The position numbers were made by a program, and so were the translations under genes. Below the pieces are notes generated by a model. That model saw nothing but the letters and a program-made list of their open reading frames with translations, made no database searches and was not told the DNA's origin. Positions 38,585-48,500 of a stretch of 64,000 bases of DNA are shown here, in pieces. Within the stretch, counting starts at the first letter, position 1. The number at the start of each line of letters is the position of its first letter. The stretch comes from Halobacteriovoraceae bacterium (lineage in GTDB: Bacteria > Bdellovibrionota > Bacteriovoracia > Bacteriovoracales > Bacteriovoracaceae). Where the stretch lies: NCBI GenBank assembly GCA_963719505.1, contig CAVRCF010000005.1, positions 448,001-512,000 of the forward strand, read 5' to 3'.

Positions 38585-39424
38585 ATGAAAAAATATATTA
38601 ATAAGTTCAAAACCGATACCTCCTATTTTTTAATGAACACAACAGCTCCTATTCCTTTATTTGGAAAAAATCGTGAACTCGCAAAGCTTGCACAGCTGAA
38701 ATTTAATGAGATTACAACAGGACATAGTGAACAGGTCGTTCGGGGCAAGAAATTTATCATTCACGAATTTGGAGAAGGTGATAAAAAAGCACTCGTTTGT
38801 CATGGGTGGATGTCTTCATCTGTGCATATGGTAAAACAGATTCACAACCTCGTTGATTCGGGCTTTAAGGTTTATGCCATAGACTTTCCTGGTCACGGGC
38901 AATCAAAGGGCTTTAAATGCTCTTGGAAAGATGCAGTAGAGGCGATTTTAATAGCTCAAAGACTAAAAGGTAAATTTGATCTCGTGCTCGGACATTCGTT
39001 TGGTGGGGGAATGCTTGTAAATGCATCCGCTCTTAGTCACCTCACCAAGGAATTCAAAGATTTTCTAGAGGCTAAACAATATGTGCTTTTAGCTTCAGCT
39101 CTAAGCGTGAACGTCCCTGTCAGAATTTTTTCTAGGCTAACAGGCTTAAGAAAGAGCGCTCAAGCAAAACTTGAAGAGAAAATTGTTATCGATGCGAATA
39201 TTGATCTTGAGAAAATGTCGGCAAGATACCTTCAAACGAACTTTCCTACGGATTCAAAATTTCTGCTTATCCACGGGACAAAAGATAAAGTTGTCAAAGT
39301 CGAAGAGTCGCGAGATTTTGCAAAACTAGGAGAGAATGTTCAACTAATTGAGTTGGACGATATTGGTCATTTGAATATTATTTATAGTGATAAAATCATC
39401 GATCTTATCAATGAAAGCATTTAG
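38585..39424 (+). CDS. Alpha/beta hydrolase
   Basis: HGW, DFPGHG, GHSFGG, HGTKD, GH. Confidence 0.88.
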   Translation: MKKYINKFKTDTSYFLMNTTAPIPLFGKNRELAKLAQLKFNEITTGHSEQVVRGKKFIIHEFGEGDKKALVCHGWMSSSVHMVKQIHNLVDSGFKVYAIDFPGHGQSKGFKCSWKDAVEAILIAQRLKGKFDLVLGHSFGGGMLVNASALSHLTKEFKDFLEAKQYVLLASALSVNVPVRIFSRLTGLRKSAQAKLEEKIVIDANIDLEKMSARYLQTNFPTDSKFLLIHGTKDKVVKVEESRDFAKLGENVQLIELDDIGHLNIIYSDKIIDLINESI

Positions 39425-39447
39425 CCCGAGACTTTGATCCCGGGCTA
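39422..39447. terminator. Hairpin between convergent genes
   Basis: TAGCCCG...CGGGCTA. Confidence 0.45.
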
Positions 39448-39452
39448 GATTA

Positions 39453-41123
39453 CTATTTTACGTACTGTATTTCTTTTATTTTAAATCCCCAATTATTAAC
39501 TGAGGCATCAGAGGTGATTCCCACTGAAATAGTATCTCCATCTGCGTACTCAGAGATAAGATTTGTATGCTTACTTGTGATTTTATCCACAACACCACCG
39601 GTCTCATCTCTAAGAACAACAAAGTCATAATTGTTTTCCATATCTATTTTTTCAAAGACCACCCTGATGTACCTTGCGCCACTGATGGTAAAAGATTTAG
39701 AGGTATTTGAGTCAGCGCCATAGGGATGAATTGATTCATGAGTCTCACTCATACCAACCCATTCACTTGGGCTTGGCTCATAAGGTCTCTCTGCAACAAC
39801 CCCTGATAGGAAGTTATAAGCATCGACTCTTCCTTTAGAGATTGTCTTCTTTTTATAGGATTTACCATAGACAGATGAGCTCATAAGTTTCTCTCTAAGG
39901 GCCTTAACATCGGTTCTACCGTTTTCTGCGATATAGAGACCAATCACACCTGAGACGTGAGGAGTGGCCATACTGGTCCCACTGAATACATCATAGGAGT
40001 TGTTAGGAGTTGTACTTAGAATATTTCTTCCAGGAGCTGAAACGTGAACCGTTTTAGAGCCATAACAAGAAAAATAAGCAATCTCATCGTTATAGTTATG
40101 AGCCGCCACTGAAATGACATTATCCACGTCATAGTTTGAAGGGTAATGAGGTTGTGTGCTATTATCAGTTGCCGAATTTCCAGCCGCTGCCGTAAAGACA
40201 ATACCAGCATCTTTTGCTCTTTCAATGGCTTCTTTTAGAGCTTCAGAGCTTCCGCCTCCACCCCATGAGTTACTCATAATATCGACATTTATTTTTGTTG
40301 CATAATCAACGGCTTTAATAGCATCTGCAGTTGAGCCACTTCCTTCGTCTGTTAAAAATTTTACTCCAACAATTGAAGCCTCTGCCATCACTCCAGCAAT
40401 ACCGACACCATTATCGTGTTCAGCGGCGATGGTTCCGGCACAATGAGTTCCATGACCATTTCCATCCATGGGATCACCGTCATTATTGGCAAAGTCGTAG
40501 CCATGAATATCATCGACATATCCATTTCCATCATCATCAACGCCAGGTTTTCCGTTTTTCTCGGCCATATTTGTCCACATATTATTTTTTAAATCGGGAT
40601 GGTTGTAATCAACGCCTGTATCGATGACAGCTATTTTTACCGCTTTACTTCCTTTGGTAATTTTCCAAGCATTGATGGCATTGATATCACTTCCAGCAAG
40701 ACCAGTTGCACTTGAATTTCCACGACTACCTGCGGGTTCATTATTTCCTTTGTTCACCAATCCCCATAATTCTCCAAACTTTGGGTCTACAGTTTTATTC
40801 TCAGACTTGCCAATAGCTCTATAGAGATAGTTTGGTTCAGCATACTCAACTGCGGGATCAAGATTAATTCTTCTAAGAGTTTCGTTAAAAGCTTTATTAG
40901 TAGTTTTAAAAACAACGACATTCCCTATAGAGAGATTCATAAGCTCTTTTACTTTTAATCCAAATTTAGATTTTCTCGATAAAAAGCTTCGTGTCTTTTG
41001 ACCTTTGAGCTTCACAATAATTTCACCGGGAATTCTTTCAGCTTCAATAAATTTTTGTGCAGAAAGGGCCACAGGTGACAAGGCCATACTCAAAAGTAAA
41101 ATAGGTAACGATTTTTTCATCAA
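39453..41123 (-). CDS. Secreted subtilisin-like S8 protease with C-terminal CUB-like domain
   Basis: Signal peptide, prodomain, IDTG, HGTHCAG, GTSMATPH; C-terminal ESIHPY...ENNYD...SDASVNNWGF. Confidence 0.92.
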   Translation of the reverse strand: MMKKSLPILLLSMALSPVALSAQKFIEAERIPGEIIVKLKGQKTRSFLSRKSKFGLKVKELMNLSIGNVVVFKTTNKAFNETLRRINLDPAVEYAEPNYLYRAIGKSENKTVDPKFGELWGLVNKGNNEPAGSRGNSSATGLAGSDINAINAWKITKGSKAVKIAVIDTGVDYNHPDLKNNMWTNMAEKNGKPGVDDDGNGYVDDIHGYDFANNDGDPMDGNGHGTHCAGTIAAEHDNGVGIAGVMAEASIVGVKFLTDEGSGSTADAIKAVDYATKINVDIMSNSWGGGGSSEALKEAIERAKDAGIVFTAAAGNSATDNSTQPHYPSNYDVDNVISVAAHNYNDEIAYFSCYGSKTVHVSAPGRNILSTTPNNSYDVFSGTSMATPHVSGVIGLYIAENGRTDVKALREKLMSSSVYGKSYKKKTISKGRVDAYNFLSGVVAERPYEPSPSEWVGMSETHESIHPYGADSNTSKSFTISGARYIRVVFEKIDMENNYDFVVLRDETGGVVDKITSKHTNLISEYADGDTISVGITSDASVNNWGFKIKEIQYVK

Positions 41124-41277
41124 CTCTCCTAGAAAATATAATCAATAATTTATTTTAAGTTTTTTTTGGAAAAATTGAGTGTGGGGTAAAAAAGTTTAAC
41201 GCCAACAATCAAGAGCATTAGACTCCAGTAAATAAATACCACTAGATATTTGTCCAAAAATGTAAGATCATATACTT

Positions 41278-42066
41278 ATGAGTAATATTTTAAACAAAAG
41301 CAGTCACCCCGTTCATGTCAACCGTATTCCCATAAGGATTTGGAGACTACGGGATGAAATAGAGCTCGTCGTTCTCAAACGCATGCAAGACTGTGAAGCC
41401 CAAGGTCGGCAACTAGATATTGAAGACCTTCATAAGTTTTACGCTAAAAGTCCTGAAGCTACCCTCCAAGATGACGACGACGAAGATAACCTAGAATCAA
41501 ATGATCTCGATGAAGACTCCATAGAAATGGCCCGTGCATTAGATGAAGAGAATACAGAAGAAACAAAAGAAACTTCTGAGGAAGCTGAAGCGGCTAAACT
41601 AGCAGAGATGATGCTTTCCGATAAAAAAGAAGACTCAGATGAGCCTCAAACACAAAAGTCCCAGGTAAAGGAGCAGCTCATTGAAAGAACCGCTCCAGAG
41701 GCGGATAAAATCTCAACTGGCTTTGCATTTTTATCCGATATGGATATGTCAAAAATTCTTTGTTTTAGTAAAAAAGGATTCACACTAGGTCAGAACATCT
41801 GTATCGAGTTTCTTATTCCCAATAGTTTTATTATGACGGGAGAAGTTGTAGGATCAAACCATGTGGGAAGAAATTCAAAGATTATTTCTGAGATGAAACC
41901 TGAATTTAGAATTATGTCGGCCTTCTCATTCCATTTTGAAGGTGAAAGAGAAAGGCTTCGAAGTTTTCTTCAGTCCGTTGAGCCAGATATACCACCTCCA
42001 CCTAAAAAACTTAAAAAGTCAGCTGACGATGAGGAAGACGACGAATTTGAAGATCTTGGATTTTAA
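41278..42066 (+). CDS. Hypothetical protein (acidic middle; possible PilZ-like beta-barrel)
   Basis: Long ORF; C-terminal part has a PilZ-like strand pattern without clear c-di-GMP motifs. Confidence 0.55.
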   Translation: MSNILNKSSHPVHVNRIPIRIWRLRDEIELVVLKRMQDCEAQGRQLDIEDLHKFYAKSPEATLQDDDDEDNLESNDLDEDSIEMARALDEENTEETKETSEEAEAAKLAEMMLSDKKEDSDEPQTQKSQVKEQLIERTAPEADKISTGFAFLSDMDMSKILCFSKKGFTLGQNICIEFLIPNSFIMTGEVVGSNHVGRNSKIISEMKPEFRIMSAFSFHFEGERERLRSFLQSVEPDIPPPPKKLKKSADDEEDDEFEDLGF

Positions 42067-43058
42067 TGAGTGACATAAGCTATAGTCGATCAAATAGAAA
42101 CTCAAGCTTTGTTCTTCTTGCGTTTTTATTAGCAATCGTTTTTCTCATAGCCATCTCTGAGGTCTTTAAAGGAACTGGTCGAGACCTTGGGGATGAAAGC
42201 CAATTGTTAAGTCCTATTAGGCCCGATATTTTGGCCAATATAAAAACAATCAAGCTCAAAAATAATCTTGGAACCTATACAGTCACAAAGGATACTAATG
42301 GCTGGCTTCTTAAAGAGCCAAGACTAATGCCTGCAAACTCAGAAGTTATTTCTGAGCTTTTGAAAGATCTCTCTACAACATCGGTAAAGTCCACAATCCC
42401 AAAGGATCCTATTAATCTGAGCAACTTTGCTCTTGAAAACCCTTCAGTTTCTGTCGACTTATTCACTGAGCTTGATGAGCAGTTAAAAATACAAATTGGT
42501 CTTATCAACCCTATTAACAATACAACTTATATTTCTGTTAATGACAACGAGAGTATTTACCAAGTTGATGTCTTTAAAACAAACTTTCAGTCATATAGAC
42601 TCTCCGACCTCATAGACTCCTCGGTATTTTCCCCCAAATTATCCGATATCAATGAGCTAAGAATCTACAGTCGAGACTATAGAGACCCAACCAGTGAACT
42701 TATAAGAGGAGAAGAAAACTGGAAAAGTAAAAAATACAAAACAATAACGAAAGAGAACGTAGATAAAAAAATTGAGCAGATACTTAATATAAATACCCAT
42801 ATGATCATCGATAAACAAAATGAAGAGCTTAAGACCATGCTCTCAAACTATCTTGAAAAACCTCTATACAGAATTGTTTTAACGATAGAGGGAAAAATTA
42901 TTGAATATAAAATCTCTACTCTTTTAAAAGCAATCCCTGAACTAAAGCTTGAAAATAGGCAGTATTTTTTAATGACAGCCTCTGATAGACAATACACTTA
43001 CGTTATCCCAAAAATCAATATGGACCAATTCTATATTCGCTACAGCGACTTAAAGTAA
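42066..43058 (+). CDS. DUF4340-like membrane-anchored periplasmic protein
   Basis: N-terminal TM segment; W.LKEP..MPA, LSNFALENP, IG..NP....Y; internal duplication. Confidence 0.65.
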   Translation: MSDISYSRSNRNSSFVLLAFLLAIVFLIAISEVFKGTGRDLGDESQLLSPIRPDILANIKTIKLKNNLGTYTVTKDTNGWLLKEPRLMPANSEVISELLKDLSTTSVKSTIPKDPINLSNFALENPSVSVDLFTELDEQLKIQIGLINPINNTTYISVNDNESIYQVDVFKTNFQSYRLSDLIDSSVFSPKLSDINELRIYSRDYRDPTSELIRGEENWKSKKYKTITKENVDKKIEQILNINTHMIIDKQNEELKTMLSNYLEKPLYRIVLTIEGKIIEYKISTLLKAIPELKLENRQYFLMTASDRQYTYVIPKINMDQFYIRYSDLK

Positions 43059-43061
43059 AAA

Positions 43062-43718
43062 CTAAATTTTTCGAAGAAGAGACACACCATCCACAAATGG
43101 TAAGAATATGGATTCAAACTTTTGAGATTGAGCAATGTATTGATGAAGAGCCCTAATATTAGCAGCCGTTTTTTTCTTTGCAACAACTTCGTCATCGAGA
43201 AAGCTTCCTCTCCAATAAGAGTTGTCGATTAAAACAATGCCGTTTTGATTTAATTTATCGTGAGACTTTTCTAAAAACTCCAAATAATCTGCCTTTACAC
43301 CATCAATTAAAATAAAATCAAAATCTTGCATTGATTCAAAAACTTCGAAAGCATCATTTTGATGGTACTCCAACTTCTGTTTCCAAGAGGGTTTCCACGG
43401 AAGATTGTGATGAATCTGCTCAAGATCATCCCTTTTTTCCGTCAAAATAACTTTCTCAATTTGATGATCACTCAAAGAATACCAAAAACAACTTTGGCCA
43501 TAGCCAGATCCAAATTCAAATATTCTTTTTGGTCTCAGCCAATGAAAAAGAAAACTAATAAAACTTCCTACATCATCATGAATTGCTGGGAAGTTAAGCT
43601 CTACCTCAAGCTGCTTTAAAAGTGTGTAGAGGGCTTTATTGTTGTCATCGAGGTGCAAGTAAGGATTTGACTGAGAAAATGTATTAAGTGACTCAAAACT
43701 AAAAGGAAAATCGCGCAT
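43062..43718 (-). CDS. SAM-dependent O-methyltransferase (COMT-like)
   Basis: FEFGSGYG, FILIDGVK, LIDN, DGVSL. Confidence 0.85.
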   Translation of the reverse strand: MRDFPFSFESLNTFSQSNPYLHLDDNNKALYTLLKQLEVELNFPAIHDDVGSFISFLFHWLRPKRIFEFGSGYGQSCFWYSLSDHQIEKVILTEKRDDLEQIHHNLPWKPSWKQKLEYHQNDAFEVFESMQDFDFILIDGVKADYLEFLEKSHDKLNQNGIVLIDNSYWRGSFLDDEVVAKKKTAANIRALHQYIAQSQKFESIFLPFVDGVSLLRKI

Positions 43719-43726
43719 ATTGCCTC

Positions 43727-43754
43727 AAAAAAAAAGCCACCTTAAAGGTGGCTT
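43727..43754 (-). terminator. Rho-independent terminator after rpmG
   Basis: AAGCCACCT-loop-AGGTGGCTT followed by a T-run on the minus strand. Confidence 0.85.
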
Positions 43755-43757
43755 ATA

Positions 43758-43934
43758 TTACTTAATTTCTTTGTGAACTGTATGCTTTCTCAAAGATGGA
43801 TTATACTTTTTAAGTTCTAATCTCTCTGGATGAGTTTTTTTATTTTTTGTCGTTGTATAACGCGAAGGAGATTTTCCAATCTTTCTTGCTTCTGTACATT
43901 CTAAAGTGATGATTACTCTTGGCCCCTTTGCCAT
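43758..43934 (-). CDS. rpmG: 50S ribosomal protein L33 (absent from the ORF track)
   Basis: Manual translation [67 protein letters not shown]. Confidence 0.95.
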   Translation of the reverse strand: MAKGPRVIITLECTEARKIGKSPSRYTTTKNKKTHPERLELKKYNPSLRKHTVHKEIK

Positions 43935-44056
43935 ATTTCCTCCGGTATCTGAAAACTTTCATTTTGATTAATGTTTTATCTATAAAGATTGGTAACTTAC
44001 TATTTTCATGCTAAGTTTGACAAGAAAAATATACTAAAGATTGGAAATATATTGCG

Positions 44057-44338
44057 ATGAAAATAATAAACGAACAGAACTGGACATATACCCACTACAA
44101 AGCCACTGATTTTAAAGCCTTTGTTTCTATAGGTGGAGCTCCTGAGCTCGCTGACGATGATTTTATCTATATGGCCACAATTATCGATACCAATGAGAAC
44201 GAAATTCTTCAAAAAGATTTCAAAAGCATTGATGCAGCGTGTGATTTCTTAAATTCAAAATATTCTGACCTTTGGGACTTCGTCGATGCGCGAGTGGCCA
44301 AGAAAGAAGGTGGTTGCGACAGCTGTGCCGCTCACTAA
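44057..44338 (+). CDS. Small hypothetical protein with C-terminal GGCDSCAAH
   Basis: 93-aa ORF with a terminal CxxC-xxH. Confidence 0.7.
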   Translation: MKIINEQNWTYTHYKATDFKAFVSIGGAPELADDDFIYMATIIDTNENEILQKDFKSIDAACDFLNSKYSDLWDFVDARVAKKEGGCDSCAAH

Positions 44339-44344
44339 GGATCA

Positions 44345-45334
44345 CTAAGGAAGAAACTCCAAGTCAAAGAAGTTAGTAATTCGATCGATAAGCTCATTGA
44401 GCTTAGGCTCAATAAAGTCAAAATCTCTTTTTAAATCAAACAAACTAACCCCAGTAAGCTTTGTTTCAATTTCCCTAATCAAAAGAGGATGAACTAAGTC
44501 ATTACTTACTTCAACTTTTTCAATAATAGTCTTCCTTATCCCCATTTCAATATCATAATCTCCAAATTTTTCTCTAATGCTAAATTTTGGTGTTTCTTCA
44601 TAACGCCACTTTCTGGACTTAAGCTTATTGAGATACTCTCCATTATTAATGACAGAAAAAAGTGGATGTTCCTCATCAACAATTTCAGGGCGGTCCACTA
44701 GATTTGTCTTTGTCCTAAAAACGTCTACTAAAGAATTGATGAATATGTCGTTGGTTAAATGCTCTTGTTGTTGGGTAATATTGGCAACAACACTTCTTAT
44801 TGAGCTGATACTCTTACTCTCTAAATGACCTTTATCTGAGTGAATATAGTCATTTAGTTTTCCAATATCTGAACTGACCAGCATTGTCCCATGGTGGAAA
44901 GCGGTATCTTTTTTCTCTTTTGAGGCACTCCCCGAAATTTTTCTATTTTGAGGCTCTGTAAGCCTTATGTCTCCTCTTTGAGTAAAAGTGGCATCGACAC
45001 CCAACTTACCTAATGCATCGACCACTAAGGCGTGATTCCAGCTCTTTGAATAGAAGTTTTTGTCACTCACAAAGGAAAAGTTCACGTTGCCCTGGTCGTG
45101 ATAAACACAACCCCCACCAGATTGCCTCCTCACCAATAAGACATTGTCTCGACACATTTTTTGCAAATGACACTCAATCCATGGGTTTTGAAATCTCCCA
45201 AAGACGACACATGGCTTATTCACGTAAAGAAGCAAAATAACCTTATCTTTTGCCAATTTTGTGAGCAAAAAGTCCTCGAGAGCCAAGTTAAAATAGGGAT
45301 CTGAAGATTTAGATATATATATAAGTGAATTCAA
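44345..45334 (-). CDS. lplA: Lipoate-protein ligase A
   Basis: PYFNLALED, GRFQNPW, RRQSGGGCVYHD, RKISGSA, HHGTML. Confidence 0.9.
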   Translation of the reverse strand: MNSLIYISKSSDPYFNLALEDFLLTKLAKDKVILLLYVNKPCVVFGRFQNPWIECHLQKMCRDNVLLVRRQSGGGCVYHDQGNVNFSFVSDKNFYSKSWNHALVVDALGKLGVDATFTQRGDIRLTEPQNRKISGSASKEKKDTAFHHGTMLVSSDIGKLNDYIHSDKGHLESKSISSIRSVVANITQQQEHLTNDIFINSLVDVFRTKTNLVDRPEIVDEEHPLFSVINNGEYLNKLKSRKWRYEETPKFSIREKFGDYDIEMGIRKTIIEKVEVSNDLVHPLLIREIETKLTGVSLFDLKRDFDFIEPKLNELIDRITNFFDLEFLP

Positions 45335-45409
45335 TTGGACCCCAGTTTAAACTATTTCTCTCATAGGAGGATATGTTATATAATAACAGCATACTTAAAT
45401 GGAGTAAAA

Positions 45410-46624
45410 ATGAAAAAGCTCAAATATCTATCGACTATATATTCTGACGAAGCGACTTCCAAAGATGTAGAAGAACTCATATCAGCAAAAGAGAATTACT
45501 GGAAGGGTTGGAGCTGTACTGCAGGTATTAATAATCTTTATATAGACTACGACGGAAACGTGTTCGTTTGTAATAACTCCAGCTCCAAGCTCGATCGCTT
45601 TAATTACGAGGGCTGGGAGAAGAGAATCGTCGAGCTCAAAGAGAAGGGAATTGACCTTCTCACTGAAGAAGCCCATAAATCAGGACTCTATAAAAAACAC
45701 CAAAGAGCATTTGAGAGATCTGGTAGAGGCTTTGGAAACGAATTAGATTTCTACGAGCCCGAGTCATTTGAGCAGAATTGGGGATTTTTGGGAAGCATCT
45801 ATCAGAATTTTACTATCAATAAAAAAATAGTTAAATGTCCCTACGAGCAGTGTGGATGTGGAGCCGATATTCCAATCACAAAAGCGAGTGATCCAAAGTA
45901 TCTCAAAGCCTTTATCCTCGGCGGAATTTCAGAGGTCGAAAAGCAAGTAAACAAAGACGATATAAAAGACGGATCTCTCCAGCTTGTGACAAAAAGAGGT
46001 GGTATCCTTCCCACTATTCTTTGGGATCTAGGTAGAAGATGCAATTATGATTGCTCTTACTGTTGGCCCGCGGTCCACAATGCCAAAGAAGAGCATAAAG
46101 ATATAGAACTGTTAAAGAAAACATGTAAAAAAATAATGGATGAGCTAGCACCAGGAAAAGTAAAACTTTTCTGCTTCTCAGGCGGAGAACCTACCCTACA
46201 CCCCGATATCACAGAGCTTTTGGAGTTTATTCACATCAATGGACACAGGACATTGATGACGACAAATGGCTCAGCAAAACAAGACAAATGGAAGCAAATT
46301 GCTCCCCTTATCTCCGATATCCAAATGAGTGCACATTTTGAGTCACTCAATGATCAACTTTTTTTGGAAAACGTAGATGTATCTTTAAAAGAGCTTATAA
46401 AAAGTAAAGGGCGAAAGAGTTTAGATGTAAAACTAATGACTCCTCCAGGTGAAATTGAAAGAAGCCTTAAAATGAAAAGCAATATTGAGAAGCTTGAATC
46501 GTTAAAAGAGATTCAACAAGCAAGTTACGAGGGCTTCATCGGTGTCACACTCGTTCCTCTTCGTGGAATCGATAACTCAGAACAGCTCCTAGATTATACA
46601 GAAGAGGAACTCAAAGCTTTTTAA
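45410..46624 (+). CDS. Radical SAM protein with N-terminal Cys-rich SPASM/twitch-like domain
   Basis: CNYDCSYC, SGGEPT, TTNGS; N-terminal WKGWSCTAG...C...CPYEQCGCGAD; ATG at 45410 with GGAG RBS. Confidence 0.85.
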   Translation: MKKLKYLSTIYSDEATSKDVEELISAKENYWKGWSCTAGINNLYIDYDGNVFVCNNSSSKLDRFNYEGWEKRIVELKEKGIDLLTEEAHKSGLYKKHQRAFERSGRGFGNELDFYEPESFEQNWGFLGSIYQNFTINKKIVKCPYEQCGCGADIPITKASDPKYLKAFILGGISEVEKQVNKDDIKDGSLQLVTKRGGILPTILWDLGRRCNYDCSYCWPAVHNAKEEHKDIELLKKTCKKIMDELAPGKVKLFCFSGGEPTLHPDITELLEFIHINGHRTLMTTNGSAKQDKWKQIAPLISDIQMSAHFESLNDQLFLENVDVSLKELIKSKGRKSLDVKLMTPPGEIERSLKMKSNIEKLESLKEIQQASYEGFIGVTLVPLRGIDNSEQLLDYTEEELKAF

Positions 46625-48443
46625 TTTTTGTGGTCATAATATCTTGACCACAAGAGCATTGTTCTTTATTACAAAGAATTGGTTTTTTTGGGAATCTTAT
46701 TTTGAAGTCATTTATATTACCAAAAACTCCGCCTACTCCACACCAACCTCTCAAAAGCTTACCGTAGAAATCAACACAAATCGTCTCAAGGCCTATATTA
46801 CAATCCCATCCACTCCAGTGATTGAAATTATTTGATATCAATTCAGCTGAATTTGTTCTTAGTTTTTCTCCACCTTTGAAGTTTAAAATAAGCTCACCTC
46901 TTGAGTGATATCGATCACCTTTGAAGGGTTCAACATCAACTGAACGGTTAAGAGATTGAGAGTTTAAAACTTTCATTTGATCACTTGTATAATCGAACAT
47001 CTTCCCATCCATCCCTTCAAGAAGAGGCTGGAGGGCAATGGTCACTGGTGATTCATTGATAATAGATTGGGCCAACTCATGACAAAGATCAAAGTTTTCA
47101 GGCTTCATCATTATATTAACGTGAACTGAAGTTTTTCTACTCGTATATTTGATCACTTTTTGAAAGTGCTCTGGATCCCCTTGTTCTGAGTGAAAGCTGA
47201 ACATGATATGATCAAGAAATTCTAAATTCTCTTCCCAAAATTCAATTTTTCGAGCACCATTTGAAATGATGGCTACATAATGCCCAAGACTTTTTATATG
47301 CCTAATAAGCTCCTTAAACCCTTTATAATAGGTGACTTCGCCACCAGTGAGTTCAAAATGAACTTTTTTATCAGGATACTCGGCCACAACTCGTTCCACA
47401 AATTTTTTGGCAACCTCAAGCTCAACTCCTCTGCTGGTTCCGTTGTGAAGTTCGTCCGGGCAATAAGTACATTTATAATTACATATATTTGTTAGACACC
47501 AATTAACAATAAGTTGGTCTTTATGTTTTTCGTGAACATGAACAAGTGAGCTTGCATCAGACTTTTTATTAACAGCTTGATCCAAATTGATAAACTGAGA
47601 AGGTGTAAATTTTTTCTCTTCGCTGTCAGCTTTACTAGTGACAACTGGAGTCTGATGATTTTTTTCAACTCGTTGTCTATCATTTATCTTTGCATGAACA
47701 ATGAAGTCTTCAGGTATGACATTACTAATTTGCGTTCGTCTACTTAGAGAGGAGGAACGAACAAAAAGGTAACTCAAAAGACTGGTAAAAACATGGAAAA
47801 AAGAGGCCGTGTTGTAGCGATAAAAACTTTTTCTCACAAGAGGCACTCTGTCTAGAAACCTAATATTGAATCTTCGATAGAAACTAAAAAGAATAAGGTG
47901 AAAAAAGATAAACTGATTATCGGGAAGATAAGAGAGATCCTGATAGTCATTTGAAAAGTCCTGGGTTCGAAGAAGATAACAAGAATCACCAGAGACATCT
48001 TTTATAAACTTCATGCCTACAACAGATGAGAAGAAGGTTGATAAAGAGAAGAAAGCCCTCCCAATTGATAAATCTTTGGGTATTCTGGATGATGATATAA
48101 GAGAGTAATTTACTTTATCAGTGGAGCCTATAAAATTTAAAAAGTTTTCATAGTCATCATCACAACCCTCATTAAAGATGGCCGTGTATTCAACTTTCCA
48201 TTCTTTCGCAATAGTTAAGCCAATTTTACACCTATGAGAGGCATCTATATAATCCGTCAGCATTAAAGAATACTCAAAGCCACTCATTTCTCTTTCTATG
48301 TTAGACTTTTCATCTTGAAACTCTCTTGGAATCAAAATGAGAAGATGCTTGGGGAAACTATGTCCTCTTAATCTATCAACGAGACTGTAGAAATAGCGTG
48401 TATCTTTAAAAAATGGGATTACACACAGTGTCTTAAAACTCAT
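46611..48443 (-). CDS. Fusion: degenerate GT2-like domain + radical SAM + C-terminal SPASM/twitch-like domain
   Basis: CNYKCTYC, TGGEV, ISNG; C-terminal WSGWDCNIG...CNKEQCSCGQD; N-terminal LCVIPFF...SSR...IKDVSG pattern. Confidence 0.8.
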   Translation of the reverse strand: MSFKTLCVIPFFKDTRYFYSLVDRLRGHSFPKHLLILIPREFQDEKSNIEREMSGFEYSLMLTDYIDASHRCKIGLTIAKEWKVEYTAIFNEGCDDDYENFLNFIGSTDKVNYSLISSSRIPKDLSIGRAFFSLSTFFSSVVGMKFIKDVSGDSCYLLRTQDFSNDYQDLSYLPDNQFIFFHLILFSFYRRFNIRFLDRVPLVRKSFYRYNTASFFHVFTSLLSYLFVRSSSLSRRTQISNVIPEDFIVHAKINDRQRVEKNHQTPVVTSKADSEEKKFTPSQFINLDQAVNKKSDASSLVHVHEKHKDQLIVNWCLTNICNYKCTYCPDELHNGTSRGVELEVAKKFVERVVAEYPDKKVHFELTGGEVTYYKGFKELIRHIKSLGHYVAIISNGARKIEFWEENLEFLDHIMFSFHSEQGDPEHFQKVIKYTSRKTSVHVNIMMKPENFDLCHELAQSIINESPVTIALQPLLEGMDGKMFDYTSDQMKVLNSQSLNRSVDVEPFKGDRYHSRGELILNFKGGEKLRTNSAELISNNFNHWSGWDCNIGLETICVDFYGKLLRGWCGVGGVFGNINDFKIRFPKKPILCNKEQCSCGQDIMTTKIKKL

Positions 48444-48500
48444 ATTATCTTCCTTGTTTGAAGTATTATATCAAAGAATTACTTCGAGAGTACAACTAAT

